A stretch of 64,000 nt of DNA from assembly GCA_050575255.1 (NCBI GenBank), contig JBNZDD010013720.1, positions 5,366,196 to 5,430,195 of the forward strand, given 5' to 3'. This DNA is from Harriotta raleighana (Eukaryota). The notes beneath the pieces were generated by a model. It had not been told where the DNA came from. It did no database searches and saw nothing but the letters and a program-made list of their open reading frames with translations. A program made the position numbers and the translations under genes. Below, piece by piece: positions 12,015-23,856 of this stretch. Numbering within the stretch: the first letter of the stretch is position 1; every line of letters begins with the position of its first letter.

Positions 12015-12699
12015 CTTAAGCGCTTCCTCTTGAAGTGCTTAAGCGCTTCCTCTTGAAGTGCTTAAGCGCTTCCTCTTGAAGTGCTTAAGCGCTTCCTCTT
12101 GAAGTGCTTAAGCGCTTCCTCTTGAAGTGCTTAAGCGCTTCCTCTTGAAGTGCTTAAGCGCTTCCTCTTGAAGTGCTTAAGCGCTTCCTCTTGAAGTGCT
12201 TAAGCGCTTCCTCTTGAAGTGCTTAAGCGCTTCCTCTTGAAGTGCTTAAGCGCTTCCTCTTGAAGTGCTTAAGCGCTTCCTCTTGAAGTGCTTAAGCGCT
12301 TCCTCTTGAAGTGCTTAAGCGCTTCCTCTTGAAGTGCTTAAGCGCTTCCTCTTGAAGTGCTTAAGCGCTTCCTCTTGAAGTGCTTAAGCGCTTCCTCTTG
12401 AAGTGCTTAAGCGCTTCCTCTTGAAGTGCTTAAGCGCTTCCTCTTGAAGTGCTTAAGCGCTTCCTCTTGAAGTGCTTAAGCGCTTCCTCTTGAAGTGCTT
12501 AAGCGCTTCCTCTTGAAGTGCTTAAGCGCTTCCTCTTGAAGTGCTTAAGCGCTTCCTCTTGAAGTGCTTAAGCGCTTCCTCTTGAAGTGCTTAAGCGCTT
12601 CCTCTTGAAGTGCTTAAGCGCTTCCTCTTGAAGTGCTTAAGCGCTTCCTCTTGAAGTGCTTAAGCGCTTCCTCTTGAAGTGCTTAAGCGCTTCCTCTTG
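12015..12699. repeat. perfect 23-bp tandem repeat, 29 full units plus 18 nt (CTTAAGCGCTTCCTCTTGAAGTG)
   Basis: Unit starts at 12015, 12038, 12061 ... 12682; no variant unit or spacer seen. Confidence 0.98.
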
Positions 12700-14197
12700 T
12701 TCTTTACATCAAAGAATAAAGGGAATTAAATCAGAAGAACAATGGCACACAATGGACAAAACACCAGAAAAACCAGGACAAAAGAAAAGAGCTTCACAAA
12801 AAAGGGAAAACACTTAATGCAAAGATTCAATAAAATGTCTTGCTAATCCTTAAACTTTACGGTAATATGCATCAACTGGCAAAAATAAATCAAAATTGCA
12901 TGTGAGATACAATCCAATATTTCTAACAACTGTTCTTAATTCGGGCTGTTTAATAACAAATCTGAGTGAGGATTCTTGTTGACCTTTGAAGCGGAGGAAG
13001 CAGTTGCGAAATGAATCAAAGGGTCACAGTATTGCAAATGTAGAGTCATTATATATGGCAGTGAAGCCCTTCGAGACCGTCCAACATTATAGACTCTGTA
13101 CCAAATGTAAGCATTTTTTTTACTGCAATATAGATTAATGCTAATTTTTGCTGCACACTAAGAAGAAATGACGAGATAAACAACCAGAACTAATTTTAAT
13201 TCAGTTGGATTCTGATCCTCAGCCAGTCGAATCAAAAATAATGTGTTAAGTTTAAAAAAAATCTTATCTGATGTTTTTCAACCTCACAATCCATTCACAG
13301 CTCCCTTGTTGAGGTGTCCACTGTGCAATTAGGTGGCATGCAATTTTATCAATGATACCATCCATAAGGTCAGTAACATGAAAATTTCCATGTATTATTT
13401 TGCCACACAACGTGCTTTTTAACATAAATGTCTGTCTGTCTCGCACGCACACTAAAAATAGCAGACCAGCTCAGTCAGTTGTCAGTTTAACACTACTTGA
13501 AATGTAAAATCTAATGGTTTTCATTGTTTGAATATGGGGTTGGTTGTCTCTCCTTCCTCAACCCCCAAATGCTTGCTGGACCAGGTGATTCTGGTTCACA
13601 AATCATCTTTGAAGTCTCGCACGCAGTGAATGCAAATTGGCATTGGATATTGGGGTCTAATATGGAGTCATTTTTAACTGGATACTTAAGAAGCAAACAG
13701 GAAGTATTTAATGCTGATCTGCATGGACTCCACTTCAATGCTAATTACTTTTATGGTTGAGTTGATAAGAGAAAAGAATCCCTGTTTGCATTTCTTGGGC
13801 AATCCCGTTTGAAACTTTAGTATATGAGACCACACTGCATATAGCTCAATTGAAGCCATGTGGTGTTTTGATGATATGCTGAGTAGATTTGTGTGAATCC
13901 TATAAAATAGAGTAGCACTTGAGGGAAGATAGCTAAGTCATTTTATGGCTAGTTGGAAATTCTATACTAGTGAGAATCGGGTTATCGTGCAACCATAACA
14001 ATGATTAAAGATTTATATAAACTTTTTCAATTTATTTCAAGTTTTACTGAAACTGTTTTGGAATTCTGATTTTTCAGTGACATAAAGTAATAGTGTTTGA
14101 GTTCTTTTTTGATTTTGGAACCTCATTTTATCCATTTCTGTAAATGATACATTTGACAAATCACTCCAGACAGCTATTGATGTAATTGATTGATGTA

Positions 14198-14788
14198 TAG
14201 TGAAAGCCCGGCACCCATGGGACCCGGCCAGTTAAAAGGTTTTCCGGTTGAACGGTTTTAAAAATTTGTTAAAAATTATTTTAACACATTCCATATTAAT
14301 TAAAGACTAAATAATAACAGATAATAACAATATTGTAGGGGAATTTTGTTGTAAATGCTGTACACTGTACCATATAATTAATAGACTAAACACAGTAATA
14401 ACAGATACTGTAATAACAGAATATTGTATGGCTACTTTATTGTAAATGTTGACCAATATTATATAAATAATAGATTAAATACACTAATAACAGATACTAC
14501 AATAACAGAACATTGTATTAGTACTTTATTATTTATACTTAAATTCGCAAAGGCGGACCCCCAAAAATGGCAGTATCGCGACTTTTAAAAGGAGCAGGAG
14601 CGAGTTTAGACTCAACCAGTGGCCAGCCGAGTACCTGCACCAGTACTCATGTGCAACAATCGATTCATTAAATGCGTCATCACTATGCTGCCGGATAACT
14701 TCCGGTTTACCGAATCGAGACTTTTTTTGAGGTTCCAGTTCAACGGATTTTCCAGTTCAGCGAGTCACGGATAAACAGGCTTTTACTG
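14198..14788 (+). mobile_element. pogo/Tigger-like MITE, subtype B
   Basis: Degenerate left TIR TAGTGAAAG-CCCGGCACCC after TA; right end GAGTCACGGATAAACAGGCTTTTACTG followed by TA; both ends match 36337-37215. Confidence 0.85.
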
Positions 14789-15432
14789 TATATGTTTTGT
14801 AACCAAAGTGGTTATATATACAGCTATCTGCAGTGAACCCAACTGTACAATTCATTCTACACAAACTTTCAAAATGTCCATCAAAAACGCAGTGTGTATT
14901 TGAGATATGACTTTTGCTCTGAACATTTGCAACATGTACCCTTTGTGACTTATGACTGTGTTTAAGAACTGACAAAGTGAACATTCCTACATGAGAGGGT
15001 AATTGCAAGAAAATATGTTGCTTTTGTGTAAGTTCAAAAGTCTGCAATGGTTGTATCTTCCAGTGATCAGTCCCAATAAATGAATGAATGAAGATTGTTC
15101 TGCACATTTCAAATTAGCCAAGAAGAAGCCTTCATGTCCTGGATGACATTACAACCATGCCTTTGCCTAGGTCATCAGCTAATAAGATTTCTTAATTATT
15201 ATCATGCACTTTGTAACATTGACCAGAATTTGAGCCTTCTGTGCATAATACTCTCCTATGCAATATCCTATCACCCAACTTTGAATTGCTCAATGGAATT
15301 TAATAATTTTGATCATGACTACTTTTAAAGTAGCAGGGAAATTAAAAAGTTCAAGGGACTCAAATTGGGTAAGTTAATACCCTAGATGTTGAGTATCCCA
15401 GAATACAAAGGGCAATTAGTGATGAAATATGT

Positions 15433-15682
15433 GGAGTCTTGTAGCTCACTGGTTAGAGCACTTGCCTCGCAATCGAGAGACCTGTGTTTCATTCCCAGCA
15501 GGGTGAAATATTGAGCAAGTTTACTTACTCCACATGGCTCTGTTTACCCCCGCAAGTAAATAGGAACCGGTTGTTAGTTGATTGGCAGATTACTATTCCG
15601 GGGATAATAAATAATAATAATAATCATTAATAATAAAAAATATATAATTTGATCACTCAATTCATGACTATTTGGGACACTG
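15433..15682 (+). mobile_element. tRNA-derived SINE (long subtype), 3'-truncated
   Basis: GGAGTCTTGTAGCTCACTGGTTAGAGCACTTG head and the CTCTGTTTACC...GGTTGTTAGTTGATTGGCAG segment shared with the 1709 copy. Confidence 0.85.
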
Positions 15683-16506
15683 GACATTATTCTTATTATT
15701 TTACTTGAAATGGGACAGGAATAAAAACTAGGGTTATAATTACTGGCGGATAACTAACTATTGACTGAATTGTTACTTGAAATGAATGCAGAAGTTGGCG
15801 GGAGGGTGAAGCTAGTGGGAGGCTAGAAGAAATGTGATTAGGTGTCAGCCTAGCTCAGCCTCTGAGTCAGAAGGTCATTGGAACCACTGGGACTTTGAAA
15901 TCGATGAGTTGTCAAACCACCAACAAAACCATAGTCACCACACTTTAAGGTAAATCCTATGAATTACATTCACATGAAAGGCTTGATATATTACAATCGG
16001 TGTACTGCAAGTTCTAAATGTAGGTAGTGACACTGTTCAGGGTTCGAATTATTGGTGAATCATGGGTGAACCTTGTACAATAACAATGGGCCATTGAAAA
16101 TTAAACATGTGTTAAAAGTGACAAAGTCTAAAGCAAGTAAACGGATTTAATTTCAAAGGATGACATCAATAACTGCTGATTATCTAAATTATTCAATTTT
16201 CCATGGGGAGCTAGAATTAATGATTTTAGTTGGAAGTAACTGAGTTGAAGTGAGTAATTATTCACAATAATTATGTAGGCAGTAAAATAATTATTCTACA
16301 GTGTAATACAAACTCCTGTTTATTTCATGTGTGGCAATCAATTTGGACAAAGTTATACATAGCTATCTGTGAGAAGCTAAATTTATAAAAGCAGAGTACC
16401 TAATGCGAATGTCATATACTGTATGTTAACATTGATGCTTCCATTAGTTGTAATATAATTTGTGCTTTGGCAAGCCAATCTGATTTCACTATAATAGATG
16501 TGAGTA

Positions 16507-17152
16507 ATGCATATGGGATACTCGGTTTTATAAATGCCGGCATGGGATACAAAAGTCAGGAAGTTATAATTAACCTGTATAAAACGTTGGTTAGGTCTCA
16601 ACTAGTGTACTGTGTTCAGTTTTGGGCACAAATCTTAGGAAGAATGTTAAGATATTGGAAAGGGTGCAGAGGAGTTACCAGGATGGTATCAGGAATGAGG
16701 GACTTTGTTTATGAGGAAAGGTTGGAGAGGCTAGGATTATTCTCATTGGAGCAGAGAAGGTTACTAAGAAATCTAATACAGGTTTTCAAAATCATGAGGA
16801 GATTTGATGGGGTAAACAGGGAAAAACTGTTTCCACTGGTGGATGTGTCAGTGACCCGAGGTCACAGATTTAAAATAGTTTCGAACAGAAGCAGAGGGGA
16901 GGTGAGAATAAATTTTTTCATGCAGCAAGTTGCTCGAATCTGGAACGCATTGCCTGAAAGGGTGGTGGAGGCCGATTCAATAACAACTTTTAAAAGAGAG
17001 GTGAATGGTTATTTGGGGAGAACAAGTTTGCAGGTTACGTGGAGAGAGCCAGGGACTGGGATTGACTTTGAATAGCTCTTTTCAAAGAGCCGGCACAGAC
17101 TTGATGGGCTGAATGGCCTCCTTTTGTCCTGTAGAATTCTATGATTCTATGA
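16507..17152 (+). mobile_element. 5'-truncated CR1 LINE (ORF2 C-terminus plus 3' UTR)
   Basis: ORF 16467-17075: LYKTLVRSQLVYCVQFW, YEERLERLGLFSLEQRRL, TRGHRFK, FFMQQVARIWNALPERVVEA; 3' end GGGCTGAATGGCCTCC...(ATTCTATG)2. Confidence 0.95.
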
Positions 17153-18239
17153 TATCCACCAGAAAATTTAATTTGAAATGCTTGGCTTTCTTCCACAGTT
17201 TGTCACAAAGAAACAGTGTTTTATGCTGATTGTGTCAGAAAATATTGCTAAGAAACTGATATTGTGCAGACATGTAGGATTCTATCATTGAGAAGAGTCC
17301 AATAATAGAATCAATGGGTTGTTCTCAATCTGAACAGCATTCCTTGAGATTTTAACATATCTTTGGTTTTGAAGTTTCAGTTCAATTCAAAAGACAGGTC
17401 AAGCATAGTCATTTAAATGAATCAGTCAATTTGCTGCACCCAAAATATTCACACAAAGAATGGCTCAGTTTCAGGGCTTTAAAATCCTACTGCTGACCTA
17501 AATGCAATGAAAGAAATCCGACTTGGTATTTATGTCATAACAATTGCTCCTTAATGTCTCATCTAACTATTTAAGTAAAAAAACCTATCTATCTTTGTAT
17601 CAGTGTCCAGGAAACATTATTCAGAGCTCAAGGGCTCTTACTTTCCACAAAATCCCTAGTGTACGGCATTCTCCTATTTCCTCTACACTCCTTCACAAAT
17701 TTAGATTACATCCACTTTTACTTCTATTGTAGAGCATTTATGTTTGTCTTGGAAATTTGTGTTTCAATGAAATGTAATGTTTTCTTTTTTGTAATCCAAC
17801 TCATGTTTTTGCGAGAAACATGCAAATATTTATTCTAGTATTCAATTGGGTCGAAGTTCTAGTTGGAGTTGTGTCTTTGGCCATATCCGCCATTAATGGG
17901 ATTTCTTCATTTAGAATTATTTATTGCTATAGGCGCTACATGTATGTCAACCAGAATTTCTGAATGCTAAACTCAAAGAATATTCTTGGAAAATAAAGTG
18001 AGGCTACCAACTATTTCACAAATTATAATATTCATAAGAAATAGAGACTGCTTCTGGGCTAGATTCCAAGATGTTCATCTGAAGAATAACTGAAATGGCC
18101 TCAATCAATGTAATGCACGTGGGATGAACTCTTTTGATTGCATCTTTGGAAGGCCAAAATCATAATTGAGGAAACTTGAATTTAAGATAAGGATTGTACT
18201 CTGATCATACTGAAGAAATCCATGAAATCAATAGTATCA

Positions 18240-18350
18240 ATAATAATAATCCTTCCATTTGATGTAGTGCTTTTCACATCTTCTAGACCTCTCAAAGTAC
18301 CTCACAGAATATACTGTAAAGTGAATTGACTGTATATTGGTGGGCGAAAC
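18240..18350 (-). mobile_element. SINE 3' fragment
   Basis: AATAATAATCCTTCCATTTGATGTAGTGCTTTTCAC...CACAGAATATACTGTAAAGTGAATTGACTG is the reverse complement of the SINE tail. Confidence 0.8.
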
Positions 18351-18410
18351 AAATTAGTGTTGGTCAGTCACGGAGAAGTTATAGTTGAAAACATCCTGCC
18401 CCTTTTAATA

Positions 18411-18605
18411 CAAATGAAAACACAAATACTGCAGATGCTGGAAATCTGAAAGAAAAAAAGAAATTGCTGGGAATACTCAGTAGGTCGGGTGAACGCGAGT
18501 CAACTGACGTTCTGACGAAGGATTGTGGACCCGAAACTTTGAATCACTTTCCTCATAGATGCTGCCTGATCTGCTGAGTGTTCCCTGTGATTTCTATTTT
18601 TGTTT
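18411..18605 (+). mobile_element. Penelope-like terminal repeat in inverted arrangement with hammerhead-like core
   Basis: Inverted arms at about 18448-18491 and 18561-18606; CTGACGA at 18512-18518 and GAAA at 18533-18536; 15-bp TSD CTG(C/T)CCCTTTTAATA at 18396-18410 and 18606-18620. Confidence 0.75.
18509..18543 (+). ncRNA. degenerate minimal type I hammerhead ribozyme motif
   Basis: GTT-CTGACGA-A-GGATTGTGGACCC-GAAA-CTTTGAA; core boxes intact, stem II and the ACGT palindrome mutated relative to the 3-copy consensus. Confidence 0.5.
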
Positions 18606-20721
18606 CTGTCCCTTTTAATAGTTTGTGTGACTGTAGACATTGCTGGGCAGAACATTTCAGCCACCAAATATGCAATCACAACATTTTACTGCATATTCTT
18701 TGAAGTGATTTGAAATGTCTTCCTGACATAACAGGCATTAAATGCATGCAAGCATTATTATTATGGTGGTAAAGTGAGGAAACATGGTAAAATGAGGAAA
18801 CAAAAGCCATGAATGGAAATAGTTTATAGCTTAAGTTTATTTTGGGTACGATTTTGATATTGCCTCAAATGATCTTACCTGGGCCAGCAAGAAAAGTATA
18901 ATTTTAGTACTATATTCCTATATTTTCTTCTTTTTTACAGAATTTATTTGAATAAGAAAGAACATTCCTCATTTTTGGCCATTTAGATCCTACAATCCAC
19001 GTACTGTAATTCAAAACAACTTTTTTTGGCTCCTTGCCATTAAACTTGAAGGATTCATTCATACTACAAAGATTTCCCCTATACGTGAATTCATTATTTC
19101 TGGTCCTTTATTATCTGTGGCTTAATAATAGCTGTTTAAAACTTAGTACAGTGTAGGTGTTCTTTAACTTTCAAGTCCCTAAACTGAAACACAGCATTAT
19201 CTGAGCTTTGACAAGACTCTTTCATCTTGAAGCTATTGTTCTGTCCTTACACCCACAGAAAGTGAGTAGAATAATTATGCAACTCAGAAATATGTTAGAT
19301 GTTCTGATTATTTCCTAACGTAGTGAGTTTCAGTATTGATTTTCCTTCGTTTGCTGCCAGTATCTTTTTCAAAGAAATATCATGTGGCATTGTGGATTAT
19401 TGACATAAAACCCCAGGCAGGCGGTCGTAAGTGGAGTATAGTCTTAGAAAAGTAATCTCTTTGTTCTGAAGGTGCAGTCTTCCCAATACTTTGATTGTTG
19501 TACAGCGAGAATAATAAATATCTGTCCTCAGCCAATATGTCTTAACAAAATGAACATTTCAAGTGAACACAGAATGTGACACTCAATATAACAATAATAA
19601 TCCTTGCATTTGATATAGTGAGGCATATGGAAAGCCTTGGCAAGGCCATCAATAAGTCTCAAAGCGCTTCACAGGATATCTTTTAGATCTGAATCCAGCT
19701 GTTTATCTTCAAAATGTATCCATTTTCTGATGTGCATGACTATGGATACTTTTTGAGGCACTTACATGTAACTAAATTTGTGGCTGAATTGTTAGCATTT
19801 TGGTTGGTTCATGAATAACTGATTTGACTCAATCTGGATTGCTTTTAAGTTGAATAAACTCTAGTTATGTACAATAATTTTCCCGTTTCCTATTTGGCAC
19901 TTAAATACATTGAGGAAGGAGGAAGTGACATGAAGCCTTGAAGCTCATCATGTCCACTCTGCACAAATTGTGCACATTCCACCTTATCAAGGACTACACT
20001 CCACTTGTACATAATAACTCCTGGGAGATGATCTATATAATTCCCAAAAGTAAGTGAGTGAACATCTGTAATATGAATTCATTCTATATAATTGAACTCT
20101 GGTTTACCACCCTTCTCTACCACCCATAGTGAGCTGTGCAGGGATCTATGGGTTATGCGCAGAATTTGATCATTTGCATAACCTTTTGCAACAGGTTTAT
20201 TATTAGTATTGTTTTTCCTGTTAAACATACCTGTACATAAATTCCATAAAGAAGACACGATCTGTATGTTTCTTGGCTTTTGCAATCTAATTTTAATAAT
20301 TCTAGTTTTCGCTGACGATCTATTCACCTCAGAATATTAAAAAAAGACACAGGATTATGTTTTTCCCTCAATTTTCATTTATTCAATTCAATAAATTTTT
20401 CTGAAATGCTTTTAACTAGAAGGTGTAATAGCATCAGAAATATAGGGAAAATTCTAAAGTGAAGTGTGTTGTTCATCATTGTAAGGACTATTTCAGTAAC
20501 AAACAGATTAGAACATTGATTCGCAAACAATCTCCACGCTCACACACCAATAGCCCTTGATCTCTGTGGATTCATCACAATCCCACATCTCCAGGAACCA
20601 CCCATTATTTGCTGAAATCCAATCGGGGCAGATGTTGCCAATGTCAGATAGTGAGACGTGGGGAAAAGCTTACTCATTGGGCATGGAGAGCAATTACAGT
20701 ACATAGCCCCATTTCCGTGTG

Positions 20722-21020
20722 TGTTTGTGGGACACTGCTGTGCGCAATTTGGCTGCCGCGTTTCACCCCAGATATACACCTGGTTTTCCTTCTCTCTTCC
20801 TCCTACCCCAACCCCTCCCCTTGTCCTCTTTCCCCCTTTCATCCCTGGCCCCCTCGCTTCCATGACTGTTTGTGGGACACTGCTGTGCACAATTTGGCTG
20901 CCGCGTTTCGCCCACAAATATACAGTCAGTTTTTCCTGCTTTTCTTCCCCCGACCCCTCCCCCCACTTGACTGTACAGCGCCTTGGGACGTCCTCCTGAC
21001 GTGAAAGGCGCTATATAAAT
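20722..21020 (+). mobile_element. composite SINE-like element: two tandem Deu-like cores plus L2 tail
   Basis: GTTTGTGGGACACTGCTGTGC(G/A)CAATTTGGCTGCCGCGTTTC at about 20724 and 20868, each followed by a pyrimidine tract; tail CAGCGCCTTGGGACGTCCTCCTGACGTGAAAGGCGCTATATAAAT. Confidence 0.8.
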
Positions 21021-21062
21021 ATATATATATATATAAATAAATAGATAGATAGATAGATAGAT
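21012..21062. repeat. (AT)n/(AGAT)n microsatellite
   Basis: Directly visible at the element tail. Confidence 0.9.
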
Positions 21063-21239
21063 TAATTTCTCGGGATTTATTGTGTGAGAGCACTAGGTCA
21101 AGATGCTTGATGTCATGGGGTGCCTTGATCTCAAGGAACCCCTGGACTAGAACCTTCCTCTGGGCTTTTAAGTTGCATGTTATGCTCTATGTTGAGAGAT
21201 AAGCATATACAAACATCAAGTAACATTGTTACCTCTTAA

Positions 21240-21365
21240 ATAATATATGCACCTTATCACGTCTTCAAGATGTCCCAAGTCGCTTCACAGAATATACTGT
21301 GAATTGACTGCTTATTGTGTGGGTAATAGGCAGCAGACAATTCCAAACAGCAGGGTCACGCAAAC
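21240..21365 (-). mobile_element. SINE 3' fragment
   Basis: TCACGTCTTCAAGATGTCCCAAGTCGCTTCACAGAATATACTGTGAATTGACTG. Confidence 0.7.
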
Positions 21366-23470
21366 CAGTCATGGTTTGAATATTGCATAATAATGAGAAT
21401 CAACGGGTGTTTCAATGCAGTGAGTAAAACTCAATATACTGTAGAAGACTTTCCAAATCTGAGTGCTTTTAATGTTCAGGTCTTGAAATGTGCAGTGCTG
21501 TGTACATTTTTATTTCTAAGTTTACTCTTAAGTATTTCAAGTGCTTTCCTGCAGAGCTCTAAAAGTTTCCAAGCGTGCAGAAAGAAGTCAAGGAAATGAT
21601 ACAGTAAATGGCAAAATTGACTATTGTGGAAGCCGACAGGCTTCCCTTTCTGTTGCTTTTGGTCAATTTCAAGACCAATTGGTTTTTCCTATCAATCCCC
21701 TCCTCACATCTGCTGAATATGATTTTTTTTCAGAGGTTACATCTTATTAAAAGTAGAGTTCGAATCATCCTTTGCATGAAGCAAACAGACATCTGACCCT
21801 TCAACNGGTTTTTCCTATCAATCCCCTCCTCACATCTGCTGAATATGATTTTTTTTTCAGAGGTTACATCTTATTAAAAGTAGAGTTCAAATCATCCTTT
21901 GCATGAAGCAAACAGACATCTGACCCTTCAACGTCCTCCTGTTTTAGCAGTCAATAAATGTGCAAGCTTACTATCCCACATGGTTGTGAAGGCCATACTA
22001 AACAATGCATTCCACTTAGTTGTGTGCAGTGGACATTGATATTCCTGCCATCCACAACTACAACTGTTAAATCTGTGATCTGCTCAATGTTTTATATGTT
22101 CAGCTGCTCAATGCACCTGTTTAATTTGTGATTAATATCTACTAGACCAATATTTTGTCCTGTTTGCAGGATGTTATTTCTGAATTTATTTATTGCTATT
22201 GTTCACCACCCCTCAGGAGACTGAGACTTCAGTGACACATTAACTCCACCTTTGTCACTCAGTGTCATCTTTCAAAGATATTGAATGTATTGAAATCCTA
22301 AAGGGATTGTCAGTTCCTTTGGAGTACCAGAGAATGACACATCCTTCAATGTTCAATTTGCTGTGACTCTGTCATTTATGTTATTTGTGCGTTGTGTGCA
22401 TTAGACAGGTTTTGAAATACCAGACACTGTAAACCCCATGGATGACAGCAGGACTTCAACTATTGGAATTGTTCAGCTGCCATGTATTTCCCTGGATACC
22501 GTAAAACTGCTGTGTGTGAATATATTATCAAGAGGCTCCTATTCAGAGTAGGAATATGTGTGGTGGAGTTTCTTAATAAGGATGGAGCAGAACAAGAACA
22601 TTGCTTCTCATTGAAGACAGAGTGTGCAATTAGAATTAATATTTAACAGATTTTGATGAAGTATCAAGGTAGTTTAAAACACTCTGCTATTCAAATGCAA
22701 ATAAATCTCCACCTGTTTTATTATCCACTTTGGCTACAAATCTGACCAATAATTTGAACACTTTGAACCTGTGGTGAATTGATTGTACAATAATGCAGCA
22801 TTGTTTATGATACTTAACTATGTTCAAAGGACAAAATTTGCAATTGTTCAGTATTGAACATTAAATAATTATCAGGCAAAACACCAGTCTTAGAACTGTG
22901 CTGGCATGTTTTATCAGAAAAAGTGAACCATCCAATTTAAAATAGAGATGTACATGCATTATGTTTGTCCAATATTCAACAGTGTCATGGTCTACAGTTT
23001 AAAATTGTGATGGTTATTTAACAGCAATGATATCTTGAATCAAATGATTATAAAGCTGAGGATTTCAACCAGTTTGTCATATCTTAAGTTTTCAAGCCTG
23101 TTACTCTGCTCTTGTTGCATGATGATGTGAAAACAAATCCTCGGAAAAAAATCAAAAATCGGTAAGAAATTTGAATTTAAAGAGCCACAAATATTTGACG
23201 GGGAACTAAACATTCTGTTATTGCTCACATTTCATTAAAACTTTGACTTTATAGTTTGGTGGAATGAGGAGCACCATTGGATTATTGTCTCATAATTCAC
23301 TGTCAGACATTTATTCCAGCACATTTATTTTACTCATTGATTATTCATCCTGGAAATACATATCATTGTAGTAGATATATATGTACTGGATAGATATTGA
23401 CTTGTGAAGTGGGATTGGCATAAAATATTCTCTAATGACAATCAACAAAGTCACAAGCGAGTTCTATATA

Positions 23471-23856
23471 CAGTAAAACCTTGTTTATCCGGTACCCAAT
23501 CGACCAGCATACTCAACCAAACAGTCTCCCAATACAATTCACCATTCCAGCAACCGGATCTCATACCGTAGCCATCCGGGGCACTCGTGGTATGCTCACT
23601 TTGTGCATGCATGCACTTATTATACTTAAAGAATGCTGGAATGTTTTTTTACCGATCATTTTACCGAGTGTGCTGGAATGCTTTATTGGTAAGTATCCAT
23701 ACAATATTCTGTTAATATTTAGTCTATTATTAATATATGTTTTAAAATATTTTTTTTGTATGAGATTTTCGGCAACTTGCCACTCAAATATCCGGCATAT
23801 TTGATTGATCGGCACTGGTCAGGTCCCGAGGGTGCCGGATAACAAAGATTTTACTC
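23471..23856 (+). mobile_element. pogo/Tigger-like MITE, subtype A, short form (386 bp)
   Basis: TA-CAGTAAAACCTTGTTTATCCGGTACCC ... GGGTGCCGGATAACAAAGATTTTACTC-TA; both arms align to 7116-7959. Confidence 0.9.

Noticed and set aside
12015-12699. CRISPR array
   Set aside because: Units are contiguous and identical with no spacers; no cas genes; eukaryotic context.
13524-13760. ORF containing GDSGS, like a serine-protease active-site motif
   Set aside because: No other trypsin-family context and no convincing splice sites; likely chance.
16467-17075. 202-aa ORF as a host gene
   Set aside because: CR1 ORF2 C-terminus with an apparently frameshifted patch and the CR1 3' tail.
21681-21932. Tandem duplication of about 125 bp
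   Set aside because: Single N at 21806; copies differ by one substitution and T-run length; assembly overlap.
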